Of a stretch of 64,000 bases of DNA, positions 1 through 14,816 are shown in pieces. The DNA is taken from the NCBI GenBank assembly GCA_951406725.2, contig OX597822.1:108562001-108626000 (forward strand), in the 5' to 3' direction. The position numbers were made by a program, and so were the translations under genes. Origin of the DNA: Octopus vulgaris. Lineage: Eukaryota. How positions within the stretch are numbered: the stretch's first letter is position 1; each line of letters opens with the position of its first letter. The notes under the pieces are model-generated. The model ran no database searches. It saw only the letters and a list, made by a program, of their open reading frames with translations, and was not told the DNA's origin.

Positions 1-217
1 ATTTTCTTGTGTCTCAGGTGAGTAATTCTGTTTTAATGCCTTATTAATTAACACACTCACCGGTTCAATTTCCAGTCATTTACCTATTTGTCTTTTTTTC
101 TATCACTTTCATTGTTTCTTGTAGCATTTTCAGTAATCGTTGAATTTATATATGCATAACCCCACCATATATGTATAGGTATATACACACACGCGCGCGC
201 ATATATATGTATGTATG

Positions 218-282
<65 letters not shown>

Positions 283-1139
283 GTGATTGGGACTGTTTTT
301 TAATGAATTTTCGGGAATCACTTGAGTGTAAGATTTTTTTAATAATTGCGTGTGTGTTCACCCAGGTAAAATTTGTTTCCGTTTGATTTCTGATATATTT
401 GCATGTTTCACATCATGTCAGCGATGTAGGCAATTCTCACTCACTGTACAGTGACCTATCAATTCATTCTTTATACGCTCTGTAAGTTTCTGACGTGGAT
501 TTCTGCTCAGAATATCTATTCGCTATCAGAAAATATCTCGAATATCTCACGGAAAGCGTATTGAGTTTACAATACCTGAGATCTACCACTGTATGGCAGC
601 AATTTTAGAAACTCCACGGCGTTTAAACCTCGTTGAGGCTACCTCGGATCGATGATAATCCCCATGGCACAGGCTCTCCTATATTGGAATCAACAAGAAC
701 ATTATTTACTGATGTGCAGGACAGGGCGCTTTTTCGTTAAGTATCCTATTTGGCATATTCGAACGTGAATATCTGATTGATGCTGTTATTCGCTACCGGA
801 GTACATATATTAAGCGGCTATGCTGTATGTGTTCATGTACCGACACGTATTAAGAACGAATAGACACATTATTGTAAGGGTATCCGCATTCCTCATTGCT
901 TCCTTCTAATTATCACCACACAATTATTTTCTGTTAGCAATTTAATTCACATAATCAACTTCTGTAATCTTGTAGCATCAATGTGTCATTTGAGTGATTA
1001 CGTATAAATTGATTTCTTGTGATGTTCAAATAATCATTATAGAAATATATAATTAGGGAAAACAATGTGTCATTACAAAATTATATCTTGCACTCTTAAT
1101 GTCAACATCTACTGTTCTCTCTGTTTATTTCATTCTGTA

Positions 1140-1186
<47 letters not shown>

Positions 1187-1192
1187 CATAAG

Positions 1193-1245
<53 letters not shown>

Positions 1246-1247
1246 CT

Positions 1248-1344
<97 letters not shown>

Positions 1345-1346
1345 AG

Positions 1347-1407
<61 letters not shown>

Positions 1408-1840
1408 GTATGTAGATAGATAGATAGATAGATATGCAGTGAGAGATTGACTGGGAAGAATTAAGAGACAGAGAAAGTAAATGAGGGAGAGAGAGAAAGT
1501 GAAAGAAAGTGCGAGAGTAGTAGTAATCGAAATAAACACAGGCGTCGTATGAATATATTTATATGTAGCCCCAAAAATACAGAATAGAATATAATTTCTT
1601 CATATTTTCTTAATATTTTATCCTGTATATTTTTTGTCGCTCTTATATAAAAGTTTATAACAATCCTAACTCTGCTATCTCGATTACAACCTCCATATCG
1701 GCTCTATTTGGTTATCTCTTATAGCTCTTCTTATCGATGCGGTATTTGCCCGGAGGAAGATTTCGGAGTTTCATTATAAAAGCATTTTGTGCCCTACTTC
1801 CTTTGCGTTTTCTCTCCCTCTCCCTCTCTCTCCACACACA

Positions 1841-1878
<38 letters not shown>

Positions 1879-1944
1879 GGATACATGAACTGTGCAGAAT
1901 GCTGGAAACAATAGTTTTAAACTTGATCGTATAAAAACCTACTG

Positions 1945-2060
1945 ACTTCAAATTCTGCTGAGGTCGACTTTGCCTTTCATCTTCTCCGCGTTGATAAAAT
2001 AAGTTTCGACTTACTCTACACCGCAAAATCGGTGACCATGTGCCAAAGCTTGAAACCAAT
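1945..2060 (+). mobile_element. SINE family C fragment (degenerate)
   Basis: ttcaaattctgctgaggtcgactttgcctttcatc...gttgataaaataag matches the body of the copies at 36945, 42635 and 54370. Confidence 0.75.
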
Positions 2061-2649
2061 ATGAAATTGTATCTAATCCGTCTTAAGCATCAAGAAGAAC
2101 TTTAATACGTCGAAATTTGACGCTGGCGAAGAGAAGCGCTCCCGAATGGGATGCTCCAAAATTTACAATAAGTCCAGAAGGTATACCGTCAACCTTTCAG
2201 TGTAGGGATCAATTGCCCCACTCCACTTTACTTGTGTGCACTTCGAAAATATTTGAAAAAAAATGGCCCAGTGAAACGACCTTATTATCTTCCGGGGAGA
2301 TGGATCGAACACCGGAAGCAATGTCCGTGCCATAGAAAGGAATTGAGCCACCAATATACACACATAAGCTTTGGACTTAATACAGACATGTTGAACTGCA
2401 AAAAACTGGCTGTGAAGTGGTGGTAGGAACAAATGCAGACAAAAAGACTCACATACGTACACTCACAACACCACTTCGAACACACACACACATACACACA
2501 CACGCATACACCATCACCACCACCACAACCACAAATACCATCGCCACCCCCACCCCGACGTCCACCACCACAACCACCACGTGAATTTAGAGGGTTTAGA
2601 TTTGCTATAATGTCCCTTTGTTTCCCATTGTAGATGCTCAGATTTGGTT

Positions 2650-3297
2650 TTTACTATAATGGAGGTTGTGGTCATCTGTCTGTCCGTCCGTCTGTTCTCT
2701 CTTTGTATGTTCCCTCATCACAGCCAGTCGGTTGGACCAATGGTTACGATATTTTCGGGATTACAAAGACTCTCGTCAGAAAGGTGTTAGCATCAAAAAA
2801 TCAGAAAGTGTGATTATTTCGCGGATATCGAGTTTTGAACTGATGAACCACGATAGCATTTGTATTAAAAATTCACCAACCAGGAGTAACTCTAGATTTT
2901 CATCGTATAGATAGGGGCCTCATCGTAGATACGAAAGGGGTCGCAAGGCTGATTAATAGCAAAAGTAAAATGGAAAAAGTGCGTGTTAGTGGTTATTGAA
3001 ATGTGTTAGTGTCGAGCAGGATTCGAAACGGGTAATCGAAGCGGCTGTTGTTTATATCTCTTTTTATTTTCGATCAAACTAGCCCACGACACCATATCAT
3101 CCAGTTATTTTTTGCATAGAACAATGAGACGTATGTCTTAGGTTGCCTTTTTTTTGCCACCCTAAAGATCCCACCCGCGCATTCACAGCAAAAAAGACGC
3201 AGGGCCAAACTTTAGATTGCGTAGGTGCATCTTTTCTACTCCTCTGTTTATACGCGGCCAGTTATACATCGTTATGAGCAGAGCAACGCACTCTAGT
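2650..3297 (+). mobile_element. Helitron/HINE-like non-autonomous element
   Basis: 5' ttactataat followed by (GTCT/GTCC)n tctgtctgtccgtccgtctg, as in DINE-1/HINE-type elements. Ends gagcagagcaacgcactCTAG|T, a Helitron-like CTAG terminus. Confidence 0.45.
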
Positions 3298-3871
3298 AAT
3301 TTGAAAATTGGTTCCGATAAATCTGCGAAAACATCGTCTGCATAGAAGTTCTGTAATCATATTGATGGTTTCGAAAGATATATGATTCATAATATAAATA
3401 AGGAAATTTGTGAAATTTGAATGTATGAGATGATAAAGAAGAGTAAACTAGTGTTAACAACTAAAATAAAAGTATATCTAAATAGCACTTTTTCTTAATA
3501 CATTTTATGTTGTGCTCGAAGGAAGCTCTGGCTTTCGTTAGGAGTTGTTCTCATAACCATCCATGATACAGAGGCTGGGAATCTATTTCACATCGAGGGT
3601 AAGTCGTCATCACATGACCCTTAGTGGCAAGCACATGCCATATAGAATGCGGTATCACCAACAATAATGTGATTTCTCTAAGACATCAACCAGTAATTTA
3701 CGAAGTCTATTTAAACATTTCTCAATACGTATTGCTGTTGTGACTTCCCTCCCTCATTTTATGTCTCCATCCTAGATATTAGATTTGCTAGAACTAATAA
3801 TACTTCTGTCGCTATTATGTATATATATATACATACATACACACACACACATACACACGCGCGGGCACACA

Positions 3872-3943
<72 letters not shown>

Positions 3944-3947
<4 letters not shown>

Positions 3948-4206
3948 CAAGGAAAAATTGTAAAAATGCAGAATGCTCGATTGAAAGAAAATTTTAATGA
4001 AATGAGAAAATGAAAAAATATATAAATATATATTTATAAGTCAAACTATGACGAAAACCGGTTGAATAAATATATATTTATATATTTTTTTCATTTTCTC
4101 ATTTCATAGAAATTTTCTTTCAATCGAGCATTCTGCATTTTTACAATTTTTCCTTGCTTATCATTTCTCCACGTGCGGTCAACACAACCCCACCATTTAT
4201 TGATCT
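3944..4206. mobile_element. Penelope pLTR-derived fold-back element between (TA)n tracts
   Basis: About 93-bp inverted arms (3944-4037 vs 4066-4161) around aagtcaaactatgacgaaaaccggttga. Reverse-complement homologue at 56671-56850. Confidence 0.7.
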
Positions 4207-4229
4207 ATATATATATATATATATATATG

Positions 4230-4470
4230 GAAAAAAAGTCAAGATAGAAAATGCTATAATAATTTTATAAAAATCATTTCAGTACCAGTTTCAGTCATTG
4301 AGACTTTTTCAACTGTAACAATTAAACAATTAAATTTAGAAAAATTAAAGGAATTAAAAAAAAAAAATGTGTATTGTGTTCAAACACATGTGGCATTTTC
4401 CTTGTTTCTGCTAGTCTCTTTCTCTCTTGTTTACTCTTTTGGGTTCGAGGTCGTTGTGAATTCTTGGTAG
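4230..4470 (-). mobile_element. Probable PLE pLTR fragment with atypical hammerhead-like motif
   Basis: Minus strand reads cagTTGAAAAA-gtc-tcaat-gac-TGAAAC-tggta-ctg at 4280-4316, adjacent to (TA)n. Confidence 0.4.
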
Positions 4471-4472
4471 CG

Positions 4473-4600
4473 AAGAGGAGGAGGAAGAAGAAGAAGAAGA
4501 AGAAGAAGAAGAAGAAGAAGAAGAAGAAGAAGAAAAAGAAGAAGAAGAAGAAGAAGAAGAAGAAGAAGAAGAAGAAGAAGAAGAAGAAGAAGAAGAAAGA
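4473..4600. repeat. (AAG)n microsatellite
   Basis: Direct observation; explains the poly-K ORF. Confidence 0.98.
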
Positions 4601-5660
4601 AATAACTAAATGTGTACGGACATTAAAATCTATGTCTTTTATAAACAGTTTATTTTCCTATGGTTATATTCATATACATTCGGTCCTACAGTTTGATCGA
4701 AATGGTGACAGTAAGCGAGAAGTGTAAATGAGAAGCACTTAAAATGTAAGATAAATTTAACATGATTTATACTTTTTTGGGAGAAGTTCAAGTCGTTAAT
4801 AACTTTGAGTTATTTCTTAATTTTTGTGGGTTTTTTTTTTCATTTTGTTTAAAAAAGACACTTTAACTTTTATCTAAGATATCTTTAAGTTTTACTTGTA
4901 CAAAAGTATGCGAGGGAAATGTTGAGGAATTCTTTGAAAGCAATACGAGAAAACAGATTAGGAAAGCTAAATATAATAAATTGTATTGAAAGAAGATAAG
5001 AATAGTTGAATGTCGCCTGCATGGCATCATTTATACCTAAAAATCAATTCTGAATCATTTTCGAACGGAAATGAATAGTTGTTTTTCGTTTTACCTGTGT
5101 AAAACGCAATCAACGAAAGGAAGATAGAATTTGTTTGCTTTCAGCTTGCATGCATAAGAAAAAGTTAAAGTGATAGTGGACGGATGGGTGCGAATTTATC
5201 AAATGCGTCGGGTTACCGTCACGTACTGATTGTCCTTAATCATTTTCTAAGCATGAATCCTTAGCTGACTACACTGCATGATGGTATTCCAACTCGAGCG
5301 ACACTTTTGACATCATTTCCGGCCATATGCCTACACAAACTTGAATCAGATATTTTGGCGAAAACCGATTTTACATTTCATATACATTGAATATCTGATT
5401 AGCCACGAAGTAGACGGATTTTAATGCAAATTCTTGTACGAGTTTTTTTCGTAGTTTGACGGACACATATTATTTGCTCTTTATTTTCGCTTACTCTTTA
5501 TTTTGAAAATAAATTATCAGACGAAAGTTAATCTTTCGCCCTTTGGCACAATATAATAAAATTAAGAAGGTTTTTAGGAGCATTGTTTCATATATGTATA
5601 TAAGCGTATACATGTATGCACAGAAACGTATATATGTATGTAAGTGTAATATACACACAA

Positions 5661-5758
<98 letters not shown>

Positions 5759-5884
5759 CTCTATCTGTCTGTCTGTCTATCAATCTATATATATATATAT
5801 ATCTATCTATCTATCTACCTATATATCTATCTATCTATCCATATCGATATCTGTATCTATCTATCTATCTATACATAAATTTGA

Positions 5885-5938
<54 letters not shown>

Positions 5939-5947
5939 TATATATAT
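5661..5947. repeat. (TATC)n plus (TA)n compound microsatellite
   Basis: Direct observation. Confidence 0.97.
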
Positions 5948-6994
5948 GAACATAGATGTGTATATACTTGACAACATATCATTAGCTTATTTACCAGGAA
6001 TGTACAGTGTGAATATGTCCTTACTGCTTTTCATGCTACAGCTATATCCTTTAAACATGAGAATAGAAACTTTCAGGTATAATAAGTAATCTCTTGGCGA
6101 TTTGCCTATGCAAAAGCTTTCAATTATGAGTTGAAGTCAATTTACTTCACTACACCACGAAGTCATTGAGGTAGTCACGAGCGCTCTCTATTGTCCTGAC
6201 TCTCTATAAATAACTGAACTTTACGTAAGTTTAAAAAAAGAAAGTATTTTAAACAGAAAACTGTGATGGAAATTGCCAGAAGAGTAATGTGGATACACAC
6301 AAGTCCATGTTATAGCATGTTCCTGCAATTAAACTTTGCTTTTGACGCTAGATATTTTATTTAATGTATAGGATATAGACAAAAATTTGATCACCAGCGA
6401 GGTCATTATACACATATATCCATTCAGATAATTTATCGAAATACTGCGACCATTAGAAAGGCAAATTAGGTGAACCATAGCAAATACATACATAAATATA
6501 TACATATGTACAAGCACACACACACACACTCATGCACGCATATACACAAACGCGCACACGCACGCACCCACACCTATGTTCATATATATAATTCTGTGTA
6601 CGCATGTGTATATGTGTGAGTGGGTATATGTATACATATCCATATAATATAATGCGTATATATGTATATATATATATGTGCGTGTGTGGGGTTGCATATA
6701 TATATGCGCATATGTACACACACACATACACACACACACACACATATATATATACATACATATGTATATATATACACACATACATATATATACGAGCAAA
6801 ACGTCCCCCGTTCCCCCGCCCAATGGGCAGTGCTGAGTTGTCAAACATTTATACAAAATTTTCTCAAAACAAGTTGTCCGACCCTCCCATAGGCCTCCCC
6901 TTTGAGAAACACTGATTTAACCTAAATTTGAGATACCAGCAACAGAAGAAAAAAGGATAGACTTATTTCTATTCCAAGAAGAACGATTTTATAA

Positions 6995-7167
6995 ATGCAC
7001 GTTCCCACAGCTTTATCGATCGAATTCTCACCTGGAAACGATTCTTGTAATTTTTCCAAGCCTTATACACGCCCTGATACTGTTGGTGTCTACATATGAA
7101 ATTTGAGAGCAATCGGATGGAGGATGCCCGAGATCCTAGAAGACACACAAACAGACAGACAGAACGG

Positions 7168-7170
<3 letters not shown>
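6995..7170 (-). mobile_element. HINE/Helitron-like 5' fragment
   Basis: Minus strand: ccgttctgtctgtctgtttgtgtg...ccgattgctctcaaatttcatatgtag, the (GTCT)n + CCGAT..AAATTT layout of DINE-1-like elements. Confidence 0.4.
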
Positions 7171-7230
<60 letters not shown>

Positions 7231-8786
7231 GTGTGTATGTATATAACTATATCTTTCGTTCTCCCTGTAGTTGTATATATGCACACCTGCAGAGAGGCGA
7301 GTTAGCAATATATTTGTATTTTCTTCTATAGTATAATATGTATCAAATCGTAATAACACTTTTTCATCAGAAACTCGCAATATAGTAAAGTTCCATGTTT
7401 TGCTGACTACTTCAATGTTTGTATGTCATCTGTGTGCAAATGAAAATGTGCTAAAGATGATGAAATGCAGCGTCTGTTCCTATGTTTGCAGAAAGATTGA
7501 AGTGAAAAAAAAAAACGGCAGTAAGCAATTGCAAATTTAACAAACTAAACAGAAAATATTATTGAACACCAAAACAGCTGAACGAAAGGAGAAGAACTTG
7601 AAAGTATATTATAAACCTGCAATAGTCCGAATCCTGTTATTTCACTCCATACAATCTGCTATAAACTTTTCTAGTATCTTTCAAGTAATACTTTTATTAG
7701 TATACCACATACCAATCTACATCGTATATAACTTGGTGTCTTTAATATATATTTGCTATTTCTGTACTGCTAGCATGTAACATGACAATAATAGGGGTGA
7801 TTGAAACATACTACGCTAACGAACAGCTTTTTATTTAATATATTGCCGAACAGAAAATAATTGTTATGTCTAAGAGTTAAAAAGACATTTCTTTCTGCAG
7901 GTTCAAAAATTTAAGTTACATAATATGCCTCGTTGTAAAATATCATTATGCGTTTCTACAGTGATTTATAGGTATTGCGGGGGTAATTGTAATATAATGC
8001 AAAACCAGAAACCGAATGCCCATAGGTAGGTTTTTACTAACATTCATACATCTTTCCTTGGTAATTCAGTAAACCTGGCGATTTACCTGACACATTCACT
8101 AGCCAATAAACTGTAGTCATATTATTGCCAAATTTGCTGATATTATCGAACTGCAAGTTTTAGATACGTTTCAACCAACATTCAAAATATACACCTACCG
8201 CTGCCCTGTCCTAAGAAAAAAACAAGCAAAAAGCTAAAACAGAATCAAATTAGAAACTCTAAAAGACAAGCGCTTTTCTCCGATCGATATTCTCTCCTAA
8301 TTTTGCTGTTTTGTGTTTATTTCATGATTTACTGTGCTGCCTTCGATCTTCGTCTTGATTTGTTTATGAATTCTCACTAAGATGTTAGTCAATCAATAGA
8401 CCCGTGTGTGTGTGTTGTAATAGTTTAAGCTCACTTTCCAATATAGGAAAAAATATATTCCTTAGTTTGTATTACCTGCCCAAAATGAAAAATAGCAACA
8501 ACAGCGAATTATCGATTGGAAACATACTCTCTTGATGATGATTAAATAGTTTCTACTTTAGAAAACTTGGAACGATTCATTTTGATTTTCTTTACCCCTG
8601 TCAGCGGCAGTTAGATAGATTACTCAATTTGATTAACAGAAACCATCCTCGACATTTTAATAGCCTGCTTAACTCAAATCAGCGTATGGGAAGATTTGGT
8701 TACCCCTTGAACATATTAAATATCTACCTACCTATCTATCTGTCTACTTGTCTATCTCTTAATATATGCACACACAGACACACATA

Positions 8787-8830
<44 letters not shown>

Positions 8831-8873
8831 CACACACCTGTGCATACATAAAAGCACACTCGCGGCCACACAT

Positions 8874-8965
<92 letters not shown>

Positions 8966-9551
8966 CGCTCACAAATGCTTGCGTATGTTTCTAGAACTTA
9001 CTTTATGGGACTTCTATAATGAATTATATGACAGCTGTCAGGAATATCTTGATCTTCTACAGCTGCAAGCGTAGAAGAGTTTTTCATTTCATCGCTTGAG
9101 AAATTGTGAGATACATCACTGAGAGAGTGGAAGTTGCTTTATTTAACAAAACACACATGCACTCAGCCTGCAATTTCCAAAACAGTAGCATATTTACAAT
9201 GTGTTACCAGATTCTAAATTCGATATTTCTTATATGACTGCATTCCACAAAGGTTGTGCAAAAGAATGATATGCAAAGAATAGCTGAAGCAAACACATAT
9301 TCCTGCTAGCATTGAGATACGTTACTCGAGTATTCTGTGTGACTAAACTATCAGGATTGTAACGTAAACGACAACATGCTTACTCGGGCAATATTAAAAG
9401 CTACTTAATCAAGAATGTGTAGGAACAGGTTAGTGTGGAAGAAACGGTGCTTACTACTGAGGGGAGTCATACATTCTTAAGAGCAGATGTATTTACTTCG
9501 CTTCAAAATGACTCACTTGCACATACAAACACACAGATATATGTATATATG

Positions 9552-9591
<40 letters not shown>

Positions 9592-9593
<2 letters not shown>

Positions 9594-9724
9594 CATGGTT
9601 GCGGGTTCAGTCCCACTGCGTGGCATCTTGAACAAGTGTCTTCTGCTATAGCCCCGGGCCGACCAAAGCCTTGTGAGTGGATTTGGTAGACGGGAACTGA
9701 AAGAAGCCTGTCGTTCGTATATAA

Positions 9725-9822
<98 letters not shown>

Positions 9823-10023
9823 TTGTGTGTCTGTGTTTGTCCCCTAGCATTGTTTGACAACCGATGCTGGTGGGTTTATGTCCCCGTCACTTAGCAGTTC
9901 GGCAAAAGAGACAGATAGAATAAGTACTGGGCTAACAAAGATTAAGTCCCGGGGTCGATTTGCTCGACTAAAGGTGATGCTCCCGCATGGCCGCAGTCAA
10001 ATGATTGAAACAATTAAAAGAGT
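9592..10023 (+). mobile_element. tRNA-derived SINE family A (5'-truncated)
   Basis: Box B gggttcagtccc, CORE-like cttgaacaagtgtcttc, internal (TA)n(TG)n, tail catggccgcagtcaaatgattgaaac. Near-identical to the 14817 copy. Confidence 0.92.
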
Positions 10024-10359
10024 ATATATATATATATATTTATGTGTGTCTAAACTTTTTCTCAAACCTGCTATAATGTGATGCATGTCCTTGTTGTGGT
10101 AAATGTACGCGGCTGAAGAAGGCTTTTGACCTACCTGTTATATAATTTATGCATAGATATAAGTTGTTCAATAAAGCCTGAAACATATGTACCACAGAAT
10201 CCTTTGCGCCCTGTTTTTCTTTTGATACATATATCCTATCATCTATAGCACTAGCTGGCATATACAGGTGCTTACAGTTATCAAGTATTCACCCTGATAT
10301 TTTTGCACCTAACTGGTATATATATAGGTATATGCATCCCTTTATATGCAGATGCAGTC

Positions 10360-10535
10360 TCACTGTGGTGGAAATGTGGGCATGTGTCTTCTACTATGGC
10401 CTCGAGCAAAGCAAATTCTAGGGAGTGAATTTCGGTGATGGAAATTCAAAGAAGCGTGTCGTATATACGAGTGTTTGTTTACATCTCCGTACTGAGCGGT
10501 TCGACAAAAGAGACAGATAAATTAAGAACCAGTGT
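10360..10535 (+). mobile_element. Old SINE family A fragment
   Basis: cagtctcactgtgg...gtgtcttctactatggcctcg...gcggttcgacaaaagagacagata. Confidence 0.6.
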
Positions 10536-10556
10536 ATAAAATGTAAAGAATTCCTA

Positions 10557-10970
10557 TACACATTAATCAGATCAGCTTTTCTCAATTCATTTTCTCTTTT
10601 ATTTCATAATATTCAGGACTTGGTAGATATTTTCCAATAATATAATTGAACAAATACATGACAATATACGTTAAAACGATTGCATAAAAAAATATTATCT
10701 CTCCGTCGAATCAGAGCTTGCAGATGAATAATTATGCAAAAATATCCCCGTCATCTCTAGATGGGGAAGGTTTACTCCCCCCCCCCTCAACCATTTTCCA
10801 TCTCCAGCAAACCCTGCTTAAGTAAACCCAGGTTTCAAAACAAACAACAACAACAACAAAAAAAACAGGGATTTTTCAGAAAGAATATTAAATCTCTACA
10901 CTGAAGTGAGTAATTATTGTTTTTCTGTTTTAAGATCTGCAAACTAGGCTTCGACATATATAAAACATAA
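10557..10970 (+). repeat. About 410-bp dispersed/local duplication, copy 1
   Basis: Co-linear with 18220-18630 (cattaatcagatcagctttt...ttcgacatata). Confidence 0.9.
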
Positions 10971-11059
10971 AGAAGTACTGATGTTTATAAATGACTAAAA
11001 CTTCTGCAAAGCGGTGCCCCTACGTGGTGACAGTCTAATGACTGAAACAAGCGATAAAT

Positions 11060-11272
<213 letters not shown>

Positions 11273-11865
11273 CACAAACACACGCATAAATATTTATACG
11301 TCATGGCATAGATGAGATGTGATTTGCTCTCAGAAAACTTGCTTATATGAGCATTTTTGCACTGGGTACACACCAAAACATTCGATGTAGACATACAACC
11401 CATATCTTTCTGTCTGTATGATATTGAGATACTTGAGAGAATTTTGTAGATTACTTTGATATAAGTAATCACATTAACAGACATAGTCCAAATCCGAATT
11501 ATATGTGTGTGCTCGTTCCCAGTCGCTTAGGAAATTTTCCATCTGTAGAAAGAAAAATCAGAATATATACTCATATATATGTATGTGTTTGAATGATTAA
11601 CAGATGTGTAATTGCGCCAGCATCTCCGTTTATTATCGAAATTATCAAAAAAGAAGAAATTACACAATGATATGTAACTGAATGAATGGAAATACTTAAC
11701 TAGGGATAATAGATACTAATGAATATCGGATAAGTATTATCGATTTATATAAAGTAGATGTCATATCCCTTTACATACTTGTTTGAGAACGTAGGTTCAA
11801 CAAACAAAATTTCTTTAATTTGTTTTTGCAAGACTTATTCGCTGTATTGTTATTTGCATGGATTT

Positions 11866-12025
<160 letters not shown>

Positions 12026-12525
12026 TTCTTGTATGATATCTATAAATATTCTAATGTATCACTACGCGCGTTTCCACACTTCAAATGCTTCTTACTCACG
12101 GCAGACTTGCTGTGATTAAAATCAACCTAAAGAACTATACTTGCCATCCTGACATCTGCATACTTAAATAGCAAAATAAATCCAATTTTACCACTCACAC
12201 ACACCTCATTCATCTTATAACTATCATCCCTTCCTCTATTTCCATAAATATCCACCCCTCACCATTAAATATACCCAGAAATGCTCGGATACCGCAATCA
12301 ATCTTCTCCTTGGTCAAAATTTTATAAACAACCCTCAGTTAAATATCCATTAATGCAATATCACCCGAAGAAATGAATGCAAGAATGGGACCTAGCCTAT
12401 ATCCATGGATAATACGGGCGGCACAGTAACCATCGCATGAATACGGACTATGATCTTCAGGAACAAAAACACCTATGTAAACTTGAATAGCGATTCATTA
12501 AAATGTTTATAAATTCCATGCGAAA

Positions 12526-12563
<38 letters not shown>

Positions 12564-12650
12564 GATATTTATCATATACGATTCAGTGCGATCCTAAAGA
12601 ACTGGAATCACCAGTTGACAAAAAATATTTATAAATTCCATCCAAGAAAT

Positions 12651-12900
12651 TAAATAAAAGTTATATAACTCAAAATAAAGTCAATGTAAATGAAACATGT
12701 ATATATATATATATATATGCGTGGGTGTATGTACGTATGTATATCTGTGTGTGTGTGTGTGTGACACACACAGATATATAAATAAATAAATAAAAGTTAT
12801 ATAACTCAAAATAAAGTCAATGTAAATGAAGAATGTATATATATATATATGCGTGGGTATATTGTAAGTATGTATATCTGTGTGTGTGTGTGTGTGTGAG
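12651..12900. repeat. Tandem duplication, about 136-bp period x2
   Basis: taaataaaagttatataactcaaaataaagtcaatgtaaatgaa at 12651 and 12787. Confidence 0.9.
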
Positions 12901-14816
12901 ACATGTGTTTTGCATATCTGTATATCTGTATATACGTGTTTGTATGTGTGAAGCTCTCTTGGCATTATATTTAAGTGTCTATGAGATGTTAGAATCCCAT
13001 TCACGTTCATGTTTGTATTTACATACGAATCTAGGCGTGTGTAGTTCGCATGAGAATGTGCGAGGAATGGGATGGGCAAGTTCAAGGTGTGGACATTCTT
13101 TGGTTAGTTTCTTTATTACAAATGACGGAAAATATCGCCATAAAAGGCTTGAAATGGATTTTGATTTATTCATATCACTTTTGCTATGAGTAATTGTCTT
13201 AAAACTTACGGAAGATATCACGGGAAAGTGTTTAGCGCTCAGTCTATTTTAAACAAGCTCCAAATATCTCATTCCTAAAATATTACGTTGATCAGTTCTC
13301 CAAATCATGACATCCGAGAAAGTGAGTGTGCTATAAGTATATTATTATACTTACAGATAACATGGCATGTATTATATAACATTGTCTGAATTTCGTAACA
13401 TTGTATGAGACACAAAAAAATGATATCTTCCGTTTATGGAAACTATAATAAGATCAATTTGACTTTACCTGTCCTCAACTGAAATATTTTTATCATTCAT
13501 TCTACAAGCCTACTCATATTGTGTAGTGCTCAGCTTAGTATCACTCAAATTCTTATGGATCTCCTTTTGGTTGTGACATACTACGCTACCCGGGATTACG
13601 CACTAATGGGTCGATAGACAATATTATAATTATCTCATCTATCAATCAATCTATCTATCCCTGCATGCATACATAAATACATACATATATACATATACAT
13701 TTTATATATTTGTATAACTCTACATTTTGAATGTGTTAATATATATTTTACACATTTTTTTCTTAATTCCGTAGTTTGCCTGAGTTGAACTTCTTCCCTG
13801 TATCTCTTGAACTAATATATATATATGTGTGTGTCTGTGTGTGTGTGTGTATGTGTGTATGTGTGTGTGTGTATCTGTGCGTGTGTGTATATATATATAT
13901 ATATGTATGTATATATATATATGCGTGTATGTGTATATGTATGTATAAACACACACACATATATATGTATATAATCATACGTAGACACAAGGTTACATGC
14001 ATACATAATCATAGCCTCATAAAATTATATCTAACAATTGCAGTTGTATATATTCCACCTTTTCTAATGCTGTATATAAATATTTGGTGGTCAGTTTGAG
14101 CTTTGGATACCGTCAGATATTTTTATAATTATGAAGTGCAAACGGATTTCTTCTTTATTATCCTAAAAACCTCTGAGTTATCCAGATTGTATGTGTGGCT
14201 CCGTTAACGATAAGCTTGACACAAATATATAGCTACTGGCAATGCTGTCATAATTTTGTGGGAATTCCAACGGAAGAGTGAATGTTTGAATGGACATTGT
14301 TTCATGCAATGTCCTAATCAATGTCTATCGTTTGTAAGTCTAAACCATTCGACAGTTATTATCGATTCGTTTTTGTAAAGTGGCATCAGTGATGTCGTAT
14401 TAGTGATGGATCATTTGCCAAACTGAAATATTGATTTTTTTCGTATGTTCTATAATCATACTATTTAGCAGACGCTGACATATGTTGGCCGTAAATTTGT
14501 ATAGGTCTTAGTTGGCAAATTTTAAACTACGCAAAATGTTCGAAACAGTCCTTATGAGGTAATGTTTTCGAAGTCGTATTTCAAAATTTCCTTTCCAGTT
14601 CATCAGAGACTGTAATTCTAAAAATCTTTATAACTTTACGGATGTTCATTGAAGCGGCAATGAAAATGCAGCAGAGCGTGCGCATGCATACCTATGTTTT
14701 CGTGAATTGTAGATGTTGCTGTCGTTGTCTCTATCGAGAGAGCTTGGTCTGCTTGAGCAGAATTGTCGCGTACAAGTAAAGCGGCCAAAAGATTAAACTT
14801 TCTGGCCATATTTATA

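Noticed and set aside
2117-2462. Overlapping 64-99 aa ORFs in unique-looking sequence
   Set aside because: No recognisable motif or consistent splice pair; possibly a decayed TE.
6900-6914. tttgagaaacactg, a hAT/Charlie-like TIR
   Set aside because: No matching opposite TIR or TSD found.
7415-7540. Short ORF with two CxxC motifs (MFVCHLC...KCSVC)
   Set aside because: About 41 codons running through poly-A, with no zinc-finger spacing or splice support.
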